64,000 nt of DNA from assembly GCA_021399345.1 (NCBI GenBank), contig JAAFKI010000124.1, positions 29,521 to 93,520 on the forward strand, given 5' to 3'. Each line of letters starts with the position of its first letter. Positions within the stretch are counted from its first letter, which is position 1. The translations under genes were made by a program, and so were the position numbers. The notes below the pieces were generated by a model that was given only the letters and a program-made list of their open reading frames with translations, searched no databases and had not been told where the DNA came from. Below are positions 55,490 to 63,979 of this stretch, piece by piece. Source of the DNA: Candidatus Heimdallarchaeota archaeon (lineage in GTDB: Archaea > Asgardarchaeota > Heimdallarchaeia > Heimdallarchaeales > Heimdallarchaeaceae).

Positions 55490-57031
55490 ATGAACCAAGA
55501 AATTGTAGTTCTAGACGGAGATTCCTTAACTATAGATTCTTTGATCGAAATTACACGATTTAGAAAAAAAGTTAAAATCAGTGAGGAAGGAACAAGAAAG
55601 ATTAGAGAAGCAAGGATAATTATTGAAGCTAAACATGATAAAAATGAAATTATTTATGGTGTATCTACTGGTATTGGAAAATTGTCCAATACAATCATTT
55701 CTCCTTCTGAAAGAGAAATTCTTCAAAAGAATTTGATCAAATCACATAGTATTGGATTTGGTCCTTATCTGCCCGATGAAATAGTTTTAGGTGCCATGGT
55801 TATAGAGTTGAATTCCTTTTGTAGAGGGGGTAGCGGTGTTCGAATAGAAATTACAGAAATGCTTGAAAAGCTGATTAACGAGAGAATCATACCTCTTGTA
55901 CCCAGTATAGGTTCTCTGGGGGCAAGTGGAGATCTTTCACCTCTTGCATATATTGCTAGAATTCTAATCGGCGAAGGAAAAGCAAAGTTAGATGGTAAAG
56001 TACTCAAAGGTTCCGAAATTCTTGCTGAACTTGGTTTGTCTCCTATAAAACTTAAAGCTAAAGAAGGATTATCATTAATTAATGGAACACATGTACTAAC
56101 TTCTTTTGCAGCACATACTATTTCTGATTCTATGAATATATTAGAAAACTCGGTTATCACAGTTGGTTTAACTTTGGAAGCTTTCGAAGGCAATATTAGT
56201 GCTTTTTCTTCTTTTATAATGGATTTACGACCACACGTAGGACAAATGAGATTCGCCAAAGCTATTTTAGATATTCTTAAAGGCAGTGATTTGCTAAGCA
56301 ATCAACCAAAAAGAATTCAAGATCCTTATTCTATCAGATGTTCTCCACAAGTTCATGGAGCGATATTAGATGTTGTAGAGCACTGCAAGAATCTAGTAGA
56401 AATTGAAATTAATTCAACAACTGACAATCCTCTGGTCTGCTTAGAAACTTCAGAAGTTGTTTCTGGGGGAAATTTCCATGGAGAACCTATAGGTCTTGCT
56501 ATGGACTATTTGTGCATAGCCATGACGGAATTAGGAAATATCTCTGAAAGAAGGGTAAACCTTTTACTAGATTCAACAATATCAGGACTTCCATCTTTCT
56601 TGATACAGAAACCTGGTTTAAACTCAGGTTTAATGATGATACAGTATGTAGATGCAGCGATAGCTGCTGAAAACAAGATATTAGCTTCGCCTGCTTCAAT
56701 CGATAATATATCAGTTTCAGCTAATCAAGAAGATCATGTTTCTATGGGTTTTACTGCAAGCAAGAAAGCATACCAATTAGTCAAGAATGTTGTACAAATG
56801 ATAGCCATTGAATTTTATACTGCATTTCAAGCATTAGGATTTAAAGAGGATTTGAATAATATTTCTGAAGCTGTAAAAGAGATTTATGAAATAGTAAGAA
56901 AAGATATCCCTCCATTAAAGGAAGATAGATTCTTTGATGAAGAAGTGAAATGGATATCTGAAAGAATAGAAAATCAAGTATTTACTAAAATGGTTAAAAA
57001 TAAGATGGGGCACATTTTAGGTGATAAATAG
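55490..57031 (+). CDS. Second histidine ammonia-lyase-family paralogue (canonical HAL motifs), divergent from hutH
   Basis: GSLGASGDLSPLAY, YGVSTGIGKLS, KSHSIGFG, QDPYSIRCSPQVHG, GGNFHGEPIG and NQEDHVSMG. Confidence 0.82.
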   Translation: MNQEIVVLDGDSLTIDSLIEITRFRKKVKISEEGTRKIREARIIIEAKHDKNEIIYGVSTGIGKLSNTIISPSEREILQKNLIKSHSIGFGPYLPDEIVLGAMVIELNSFCRGGSGVRIEITEMLEKLINERIIPLVPSIGSLGASGDLSPLAYIARILIGEGKAKLDGKVLKGSEILAELGLSPIKLKAKEGLSLINGTHVLTSFAAHTISDSMNILENSVITVGLTLEAFEGNISAFSSFIMDLRPHVGQMRFAKAILDILKGSDLLSNQPKRIQDPYSIRCSPQVHGAILDVVEHCKNLVEIEINSTTDNPLVCLETSEVVSGGNFHGEPIGLAMDYLCIAMTELGNISERRVNLLLDSTISGLPSFLIQKPGLNSGLMMIQYVDAAIAAENKILASPASIDNISVSANQEDHVSMGFTASKKAYQLVKNVVQMIAIEFYTAFQALGFKEDLNNISEAVKEIYEIVRKDIPPLKEDRFFDEEVKWISERIENQVFTKMVKNKMGHILGDK

Positions 57032-57888
57032 TGAAATTTTCTGTAATCGGTGATTGCCATGGCAGCAATGTAAACTTGAATCGTATTCTTCGAAAAATAA
57101 GAAAGACAGATGCTCTCTTTATAACAGGAGATATAGCTGGAACCATATCCTATTGTTTGGTTCTAAAGTCTATTCTCAAAAGCAAGAAAATCTCTAGGGA
57201 AAAATATACAGAATTGGTTTACGATAAATACCTTCCCCAGTTTATCGAATTTCAGAGAAAATCTACAAGAAAAATTTTCAAAATACTCTCAAAAGCAAGT
57301 ATGCCTGTTTTTTATACTCATGGCAATAGTGATTCTGAAGAAGTTATAGAAGTTTTCAAAGAATATTCTGAAAGCAGTCCTCAGTTCTATTACTTAGGAG
57401 ATTCAACAGCTAAACATGATAATCTGCTAGTAGTAGGGTATGGATTCTGTTCTCCAGCTGAATATAGAACGCCCTTCCAAACACCTGGTGAAAAAGACAA
57501 GGAAGAAATATCAAAAGACTTGATTAAACTTGAAAATAAAATTCTGGAATATGATAAAAATAAGAAGGATCTTCTTATCGGTTTATTTCATGAACCTCCT
57601 AAGGACACAAAACTGGATTATATCGGATGGTGTTCTACTCATTCAGGAAGTGAATTAATTCAAAACCACACTCTCAAAATTCCTTATGATTTGATTTTTG
57701 CAGGACATATTCATGAATCACAGAATTATGACATACAAAAAGAAACAATTTTAGTAAATCCAGGTCCTCTTGTTAATGGAAAATGGGCTATTGTTGATAC
57801 TGATAAAAGAACCGTTTCTTTGAGAAAAATACCTATTATGCTTTCTATCAAAAGTTTAATTTATCGAAGCAGAGAAACCTTCAAGTAA
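57031..57888 (+). CDS. Cytoplasmic calcineurin-like metallophosphoesterase
   Basis: VIGDCHG, ITGDIAG, THGNSD, LFHEPP and AGHIHE. The GTG start shares one nucleotide with the upstream TAG stop. Confidence 0.75.
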   Translation: MKFSVIGDCHGSNVNLNRILRKIRKTDALFITGDIAGTISYCLVLKSILKSKKISREKYTELVYDKYLPQFIEFQRKSTRKIFKILSKASMPVFYTHGNSDSEEVIEVFKEYSESSPQFYYLGDSTAKHDNLLVVGYGFCSPAEYRTPFQTPGEKDKEEISKDLIKLENKILEYDKNKKDLLIGLFHEPPKDTKLDYIGWCSTHSGSELIQNHTLKIPYDLIFAGHIHESQNYDIQKETILVNPGPLVNGKWAIVDTDKRTVSLRKIPIMLSIKSLIYRSRETFK

Positions 57889-57970
57889 AATTCTAATGAT
57901 ATAACCAAAAATTTAATAAAGATTCAAATTTACTGTATTTTACTCAAAAATAGTAAAAAGAGAGATTCAT

Positions 57971-59107
57971 ATGATCCCCGTTGTTGATGTTGATATTAAA
58001 GAACCTGAATTGAAAGCAGTTCAAGATGTTGTTAAGAGCAAATATCTTGTTGAAGGTAAGCATGCTCGTTCATTTGAGGAAAAATTTTCTAAGTTTAGTG
58101 GAGCAAAATTTACTTCAACTGTCGTAAATGGAACATGTGCTTTACACCTTGCAATGGTTGCTCTGGATATCGGTCCTAAGGATGAAGTAATCACAACCCC
58201 ATTTACATTTGTTGCATCTTCCAATACAATTCTCTTCTCTGGGGCAATACCTGTATTTGTAGACATTGACAGAGAAACATATAACATAGATCCAGAAAAA
58301 ATTGAAGAAAAAATCACTGAAAAGACAAAAGCAATAATGCCAGTTCACATTTTTGGAAACCCATGTGACATGAAAGCAATTATGGACATAGCTGAGGATC
58401 GAAATTTAATTGTGATTGAAGATTGTGCACAAGGCCATGGAGCAACAATTGACGATACCCATGTCGGGAATTTTGGAAGTATTGGATGTTTTTCATTTTA
58501 TGGAAGCAAAAATCTAGTAGGGGGAGAAGGGGGGGCGGTAATAACTAATGATGAAGAATTAGATGAGAAAATAAAAAGCATAAAAAACCATGGGCGAAGT
58601 CCTACGGGAGGATATGCACATTATTTTATAGGCTTTAACTATCGGATGACAGATTTGACCGCTGCTATAATGAATGTTCAAATGGATAGAGCACAAGAAA
58701 TACTCTCAAAGAGACATGATTCAGGAGATAAATATAGAGAGGGATTGAGCGAACTAGAAGATTTAAGGATCCAAAAAGTATTTTCTGGTCATCAACATTC
58801 TGATTACATTATGGCGCCGGTTATTTTAAACAAAAAGTTTTCACAAAATGAAGTTATTGATTACTTGAAAAGCAAAAATATAGGATCTAGAGCTATTTAC
58901 AATAAGCTTTCCTATCAACAACCTTGTTATTTAGATTTATCAAAGTGGCATTTATCAAGAGTTATTGATTATCCAGATTATTCAAAAAGCAAATGCTCAA
59001 ACTCCGAGTTTGTAGCACAAAACCACTTTGAAATTCCAATGGTTACGTCTCTAACGGATGAATCTATCACATATATAATAGAAACTCTTAGTGAGTTTTT
59101 TGATTAA
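57971..59107 (+). CDS. DegT/DnrJ/EryC1/StrS-family PLP-dependent (sugar) aminotransferase
   Basis: VNGTCALHLA, IEDCAQGHGA, the PLP lysine in FSFYGSKNL, GGEGGAV and GFNYRMTDL. Confidence 0.85.
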   Translation: MIPVVDVDIKEPELKAVQDVVKSKYLVEGKHARSFEEKFSKFSGAKFTSTVVNGTCALHLAMVALDIGPKDEVITTPFTFVASSNTILFSGAIPVFVDIDRETYNIDPEKIEEKITEKTKAIMPVHIFGNPCDMKAIMDIAEDRNLIVIEDCAQGHGATIDDTHVGNFGSIGCFSFYGSKNLVGGEGGAVITNDEELDEKIKSIKNHGRSPTGGYAHYFIGFNYRMTDLTAAIMNVQMDRAQEILSKRHDSGDKYREGLSELEDLRIQKVFSGHQHSDYIMAPVILNKKFSQNEVIDYLKSKNIGSRAIYNKLSYQQPCYLDLSKWHLSRVIDYPDYSKSKCSNSEFVAQNHFEIPMVTSLTDESITYIIETLSEFFD

Positions 59108-59210
59108 AACAGCTGGAATATTGATTTTTTTCTCTTTTTACTATATTTTTACCTAATAAATGAACAAGGATTCTTTCGAAAAGCTTTTTTGACTATAGTG
59201 AGAATAATGA

Positions 59211-60125
59211 ATGAGCATAATGAGTGATATCGGTAGTGATGATTTTCCCCTATACATGTCTTCAGTCACAGTTGAAGAAACTGACAAAGCAGAAATTGTT
59301 GTAATCTATGAGGGAGATGGAACTGGAATCGATAACGTCTTACTCATAGGTAAAAATAATAACTTACCTCAAGACATATCAAAAGCAACTCTATTTGTAA
59401 AAGAAGATAAAACAGGGAGAGCAGCATATAAAATTGTATTTCCTATTTGGGAAGATGGTTCCTTTCAAGCAGTAGTTGAAAAGGAAGGAAAATACATCTA
59501 CGAGCCAGGTGAAGCTCATAACATAGTCTTCCGTGGTCGAGGAGTATTTCTTGATCTTCGTAAAATTTTCCACTTATCAAAAGAGATAGAGAAAACAAAG
59601 AAAAAAACTAAGAAGAAAGAGAAAATAGTTATCGAGGAATCCACTCCAGAAGAAACTGAAGTAAAGCAGACTGAACCTCCAGCTTATGATGATTACAACA
59701 TGTTATCTCTCAAACCAAAAAATTTCAGAATTTTTGGACCTGAACTTAAGGGTAATTTAATTCAATTACTTGACTATCTTGAAAATGAGAAAAGTCAAGC
59801 AATGATCTTCGATAATGTTATCCTTCCAGATCTGGCTAGGTCACTGAAAATCTGTATAAATGAGGAACTAAGGGCGTCAGTTTATGATGTCTGTTTTCCA
59901 GCAATTATATTCATCGAAAAAGCATTGATTCTTAGTAATATGATCCATAACCAATTAGAGAAAGAGGAATCAAAAGAGAGATACAAAAGAGAGGTTGTAG
60001 ATAAAATCTCAGAAGTTAGAAAGACCATACAAATAACAGAATTTCATCGCTCTACAGATTTAATAAAACGAGACTATGATGATGATATTCATGCTCTGAA
60101 AATGCGGTTTTACGAGGAAATTTAA
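59211..60125 (+). CDS. Hypothetical two-domain protein (beta-rich N-domain, K-rich linker, helical C-domain)
   Basis: 304-aa ORF with coding-like composition. Linker KEIEKTKKKTKKKEKIVIEESTPEETE. No motif recognised. Confidence 0.55.
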   Translation: MSIMSDIGSDDFPLYMSSVTVEETDKAEIVVIYEGDGTGIDNVLLIGKNNNLPQDISKATLFVKEDKTGRAAYKIVFPIWEDGSFQAVVEKEGKYIYEPGEAHNIVFRGRGVFLDLRKIFHLSKEIEKTKKKTKKKEKIVIEESTPEETEVKQTEPPAYDDYNMLSLKPKNFRIFGPELKGNLIQLLDYLENEKSQAMIFDNVILPDLARSLKICINEELRASVYDVCFPAIIFIEKALILSNMIHNQLEKEESKERYKREVVDKISEVRKTIQITEFHRSTDLIKRDYDDDIHALKMRFYEEI

Positions 60126-61243
60126 TCCGTGTTTTGAATATTAATTTTTGTCAATTTATATTGATGATATGCAATTAGAACCTTTATATAACCACTTCTT
60201 ATATCCGGAATATCTATTGGCGAATCAAGATCTAACTCCAGTTGATCTATAGTCTCTAGTTTTTGTTCTGAAGAGATGATTACAAATTTGGTGCTTTTAG
60301 CATTTATTAAAACTCTAGAACTTATTTGTTGATTCCCACGTCCCAAAAGAAAACCTTGACCTCCGATAGGTGTTAGTATAATAGTAATATCTTTCCCTTT
60401 TGTAAATTCATATAACGATGCTTCGTTAATATCTCTATTCACTATCTTTCCATTCTCAAAGAGATCTACACCTAACAGGGTTTTCTCTACATTCATCGCT
60501 TTCATCACGTGATAAACAGTACTTCCTGTTCCTAGAACAACTATTCCATCATTAATTGAATGCTCTTCCTTAAGCTCGAGTGCCATTACTTCGTATGTTT
60601 CTACAGAAGTTACTGATGATGAGATCTTTCCTCCCTGTATTAATCCAGTTTTCTGAGGAACCATTAAATGACCGAATAGAGTGGCGTGTACTTTATTTTC
60701 TCTAAATAATGCCTCATTCACATCCATAACATCTTCAGCAGTTATTACTAGCTCATCAGCAACTAGGTCAACCATGATTTCACCTAAGTCTTGAGGATGA
60801 TAGAGAAAACATCCACTAAACATTTTTACTCCAGAAGGAATTCCCAAAGTAGGTATTTTATCAGCGATTACAGATGCAACGTCTCTAGCTGTTCCATCAC
60901 CACCTACAAAGAGTATTAAATCGACCTCATTTTCTAGAAAGATTTTGCATGCCTTTTGGGTATCTTGAGCGGCAGTTCTATCTTCAGAAGGAGTGTAAAT
61001 CAAAACTTTCTCGAAAGGATACTCTTCCAATATTTCTGCCCCCATTGGATCATCACAGTGATAAAAAATAAGAGGTAACGAGGAGGATAATGAGGAGAGT
61101 GCTTTTTTCACTCTTTCAAAGGAATATTTCTCCCCACCTTCAAAATACTCCCATGCATCTTCAATTAAATCAGTTCCTTTCCAGCCTTTCTTTCCACCTA
61201 TTCCTGCAATAGGATTAACTAGAAAACCTATTTTAAATGACAC
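60122..61243 (-). CDS. ATP-NAD kinase-like protein (NADK/DAGK fold, COG3199-like)
   Basis: FLVNPIAGIGG N-terminus and LILFVGGDGTARDV (GGDG motif). Length about 370 aa. Confidence 0.65.
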   Translation of the reverse strand: MSFKIGFLVNPIAGIGGKKGWKGTDLIEDAWEYFEGGEKYSFERVKKALSSLSSSLPLIFYHCDDPMGAEILEEYPFEKVLIYTPSEDRTAAQDTQKACKIFLENEVDLILFVGGDGTARDVASVIADKIPTLGIPSGVKMFSGCFLYHPQDLGEIMVDLVADELVITAEDVMDVNEALFRENKVHATLFGHLMVPQKTGLIQGGKISSSVTSVETYEVMALELKEEHSINDGIVVLGTGSTVYHVMKAMNVEKTLLGVDLFENGKIVNRDINEASLYEFTKGKDITIILTPIGGQGFLLGRGNQQISSRVLINAKSTKFVIISSEQKLETIDQLELDLDSPIDIPDIRSGYIKVLIAYHQYKLTKINIQNTD

Positions 61244-61311
61244 ATGATTCTGTAAAACAAAGATTTGATTAAGTTTTTTATCCGACGTGAATGAAAAAGA
61301 AACTTAAATCT

Positions 61312-61866
61312 TCATTTATCTTCTTCATCTTTCTTAATTTTCTTAATCCCCAAGTATTGGAAAACAGAGGCTATTAAGGGTGATACAAGCTGCATCCAGA
61401 AGACCGTATAACCATAAGGTAGATTCCGATTTAAGTGTATGAGGAGATCATTAGACATTGTGCCAAGAACAGAATCTGTTAGCAGAGGTTCAGGTATTTG
61501 AAACACTAGATCAACAGAGAACTGGGTTAAAGGCAGGATTGCAGCTAGTACTATGAGCATAGTAATTAAAGGCAATATGAAAGTATAGAGCTCTTTGGGT
61601 TGTCTATAAGTTAGATAAACAAGGTTTCCAAAGAATAGTAAAGCTCCCAATACAAAGATTAATCCTATAATTAGTGTTAAAGTTAAAGTTGGTTGAAGAT
61701 CATACAAATAATCATTCAAACTAGTTACTTTGAATTGTTTAAGATGAGAATATAGCTTGAAGTAATGAATTATGTCTATAGCAAAAAGGAAAGATGTTAA
61801 AAGCCAGAATATGGCAGATGTTATTCCATAAATATTTTTGGAGAAGATTCTATAATCATACTTCAT
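61312..61866 (-). CDS. Small membrane protein (about 4 TM helices); unknown
   Basis: Helices GITSAIFWLLTSFLFAIDII, LTLIIGLIFVLGALLFFGNLVY, ILPLITMLIVLAAILPL and WMQLVSPLIASVF. ATGA overlap with the upstream gene. Confidence 0.6.
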   Translation of the reverse strand: MKYDYRIFSKNIYGITSAIFWLLTSFLFAIDIIHYFKLYSHLKQFKVTSLNDYLYDLQPTLTLTLIIGLIFVLGALLFFGNLVYLTYRQPKELYTFILPLITMLIVLAAILPLTQFSVDLVFQIPEPLLTDSVLGTMSNDLLIHLNRNLPYGYTVFWMQLVSPLIASVFQYLGIKKIKKDEEDK

Positions 61867-62261
61867 TTTTCTTTACCCCCAGTTTCAGTAGTTGATCTTT
61901 TCTTAACTGGAAAATACATATTTAGTATCTTGCCTATAGATAGTTCTTTCCCCAATTTTTTCTCAATGATTTTCACATGAAGTTGATATGTTATAAATAA
62001 ACCAGCTATAATTACGAAATAAGCTAGTACGGAAAAAGCTGGATCAATAGATAAAGCAGTAGGGTCTGCATCTAAAAAAAACATTGGATAACCAAACATT
62101 GAAACAATCCAAATAATTCCCCACATACTGAAGTTCAATATGAATCCACGAAATGTCCATTCTCCAATAATTGCTGTGAAGAGAAAAGTTAGGATAAAGG
62201 CAATTAAAACATAAGCAGAACCATAGATCAACAACAGATGCCTTTTTTTAAATTCAGTCAC
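61863..62261 (-). CDS. Small membrane protein (3-4 TM helices); unknown
   Basis: Helices LLLIYGSAYVLIAFILTFLFTAII, GFILNFSMWGIIWIVSMFGY and FSVLAYFVIIAGLFITY. First gene of a three-gene minus-strand unit. Confidence 0.6.
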   Translation of the reverse strand: MTEFKKRHLLLIYGSAYVLIAFILTFLFTAIIGEWTFRGFILNFSMWGIIWIVSMFGYPMFFLDADPTALSIDPAFSVLAYFVIIAGLFITYQLHVKIIEKKLGKELSIGKILNMYFPVKKRSTTETGGKEK

Positions 62262-62724
62262 AAACTAAAGAAAGATGAGACGGTTTTAAGTTTAACTGAA
62301 TTACATAAAACAATTAGAAAAAAATAATTTAATACAGTAGAGCATTTTCTGCTACAGAGTTTTGATTATATCACATTTTTTTCTTTTGAAAAACGCAAAA
62401 AAGCCAAAGTGTGATATATAAATCTATCTTTTTTTGCATCTTATTGCACTTTTTTGAGAAAACTATTTAAGTGAAAATGCCCTAATATTACTACTAGAAC
62501 ATTAGAAACGGGTAAATTCACAGTTTTTACCGATAATGTTGTATACGTATAAGCGATACGTAGAAAAGTGTCCAAAACCCCGTAAGAAAGCCGTTTTGAA
62601 CCTCCCAAAACTTTATAAGGGTCAACGTTAGGAAACAGTATCGCTAACAAAATTCGACTCTTAGACGAGCTCTAAAGAGTAAGACAACCATTCCAAGTGG
62701 TTGAACATCAAAAAGGTGTAAAAA

Positions 62725-62997
62725 ATGAAAAGACGAAAACTTCCACGCGGTGGAGAAGACATAATTAAAGTCTTAGATGTAAGCGGCCCTATGACTCAGA
62801 AGCAAATCCTTGGGTCAGTAAGCCAACCCGAAAGGACTGTCCGTTACGGTATTAGAAGGTTGCTTGAGAAAGGAATCCTTAAGAAAATGTCCAATTTATC
62901 AGATATGCGTAGTGTATTTTATTACTTGGATCCTGCAATACGTGACAACTTTGAGTTTCTCGTTGGAGAAACAGTTCAAGTTAGTCAAACAGCTTAA
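62725..62997 (+). CDS. Small winged-helix DNA-binding protein
   Basis: 90 aa: IIKVLDVSGPMTQKQILGSVSQPERTVRYGIRRLLEKGILKK...VFYYL. AGGTG lies 8 nt upstream of the ATG. Confidence 0.75.
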   Translation: MKRRKLPRGGEDIIKVLDVSGPMTQKQILGSVSQPERTVRYGIRRLLEKGILKKMSNLSDMRSVFYYLDPAIRDNFEFLVGETVQVSQTA

Positions 62998-63039
62998 GTT
63001 TATGCTGGAGTCTTAGGCTCCGTAAATATAGGGAGTGTG

Positions 63040-63063
63040 AGAGGGTTTTTCCCTCTTTTTTTT
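63040..63063 (+). terminator. Hairpin plus T-tract terminator after the wHTH gene
   Basis: agaggg-ttttt-ccctct followed by seven T. It is preceded by a second small hairpin, ggagtc-tta-ggctcc, at 63007-63021. Confidence 0.6.
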
Positions 63064-63129
63064 CTATTGTTTTCTTTTAATCCCATTCAACACAAATTAT
63101 ATTAATCTTGTAAACTTTTCTTAGCTGTA

Positions 63130-63441
63130 ATGACCACTATTTCCCCTCCCGATGAGATTGACAATTTGCATAACGTGGCTTTATGGATGCGCTCTACAGT
63201 ACAAGCTTATCAAGAAGGTATAATTAATCGCAAACTCACTTCAGGAATGGCAAAAAAAGTTCTAAGAAAAATAAAGAGCTATTTACCAACACAACAAGAA
63301 AAAGAACACAAAGAAGCCATTGAAGATCTCTGTATCTCTCTAAGTACTATTGACAGAGCAGAAGGTAGTTTTGAGAAGTTTTATTTAGATAGTCTCATAG
63401 AGGATATGGAAAAAGTAGCTAAACTACTAAAAGAGGAGTAA
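63130..63441 (+). CDS. Hypothetical all-helical 103-aa protein, start-stop coupled to the downstream small GTPase
   Basis: Its stop TAA (63439-63441) is 1 nt before the GTPase ATG (63443), and its last codons contain the GTPase RBS (aaagaggag). No motif recognised. Confidence 0.6.
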   Translation: MTTISPPDEIDNLHNVALWMRSTVQAYQEGIINRKLTSGMAKKVLRKIKSYLPTQQEKEHKEAIEDLCISLSTIDRAEGSFEKFYLDSLIEDMEKVAKLLKEE

Positions 63442-63442
63442 A

Positions 63443-63979
63443 ATGACCAAAATTCAACCAGATTACAACTACAAAATCCTATTATTAGGATCCGCAGCTG
63501 TTGGTAAAACAAGCTTAGTACAACGATTTGTTCACGACAGATTTGATGGCTCCTACCTTATGACTATCGGCATGGAACCGTCTGAAAAACATATAGATTT
63601 AGAAGATGGAACAAGGGTTGCTCTTTCTATCTGGGATTTAGCAGGGCAAGAAAGGTTTCGTTTTATTCGACATACATTCTATAAAGGGGCAAGAGCAGCA
63701 TTATTAGTTTATGATTTAACAAGAGCTGCAACTCTCAAAGATGTTCAAAAGTGGGAAAAAGAATTTGTAGATAACTGTGGTAAAAATGTAATCAAAGTTC
63801 TTGTTGGTAATAAAGAAGATTTAAAAAATCAAATTGCTGTTTCAAAAAAAGAGTACGAGGCAGTTCACACAAAAATAAAAAGTCACTATAGCATCAGAAC
63901 AAGTGCATTAACTGGAAATCAAGTAGAAGAAGCTTTTACTAACATTGCACAATTATTAGTCAACCAATCAAAAAAATAA
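63443..63979 (+). CDS. Rab/Ras-like small GTPase (eukaryote-like; no C-terminal Cys prenylation motif)
   Basis: G1 LLGSAAVGKTSL, switch I YLMTIGMEP, G3 WDLAGQERF, a Rab-like YKGARAALLVYDLT, G4 VGNKEDL and G5 RTSALTG. It ends ...LLVNQSKK. Confidence 0.88.
   Translation: MTKIQPDYNYKILLLGSAAVGKTSLVQRFVHDRFDGSYLMTIGMEPSEKHIDLEDGTRVALSIWDLAGQERFRFIRHTFYKGARAALLVYDLTRAATLKDVQKWEKEFVDNCGKNVIKVLVGNKEDLKNQIAVSKKEYEAVHTKIKSHYSIRTSALTGNQVEEAFTNIAQLLVNQSKK

Noticed and set aside
55765-56301. 178-aa minus-strand ORF inside the second HAL paralogue
   Set aside because: It is antisense to a CDS with all MIO-lyase motifs. It has no recognisable motif and an S/I/L/P-rich composition typical of shadow ORFs.
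62441-62650. 69-aa minus-strand ORF in the long intergenic region
   Set aside because: It has no RBS-like sequence or recognisable motif, and its composition is not protein-like. I treat the region as a possible RNA or leader instead (see findings).
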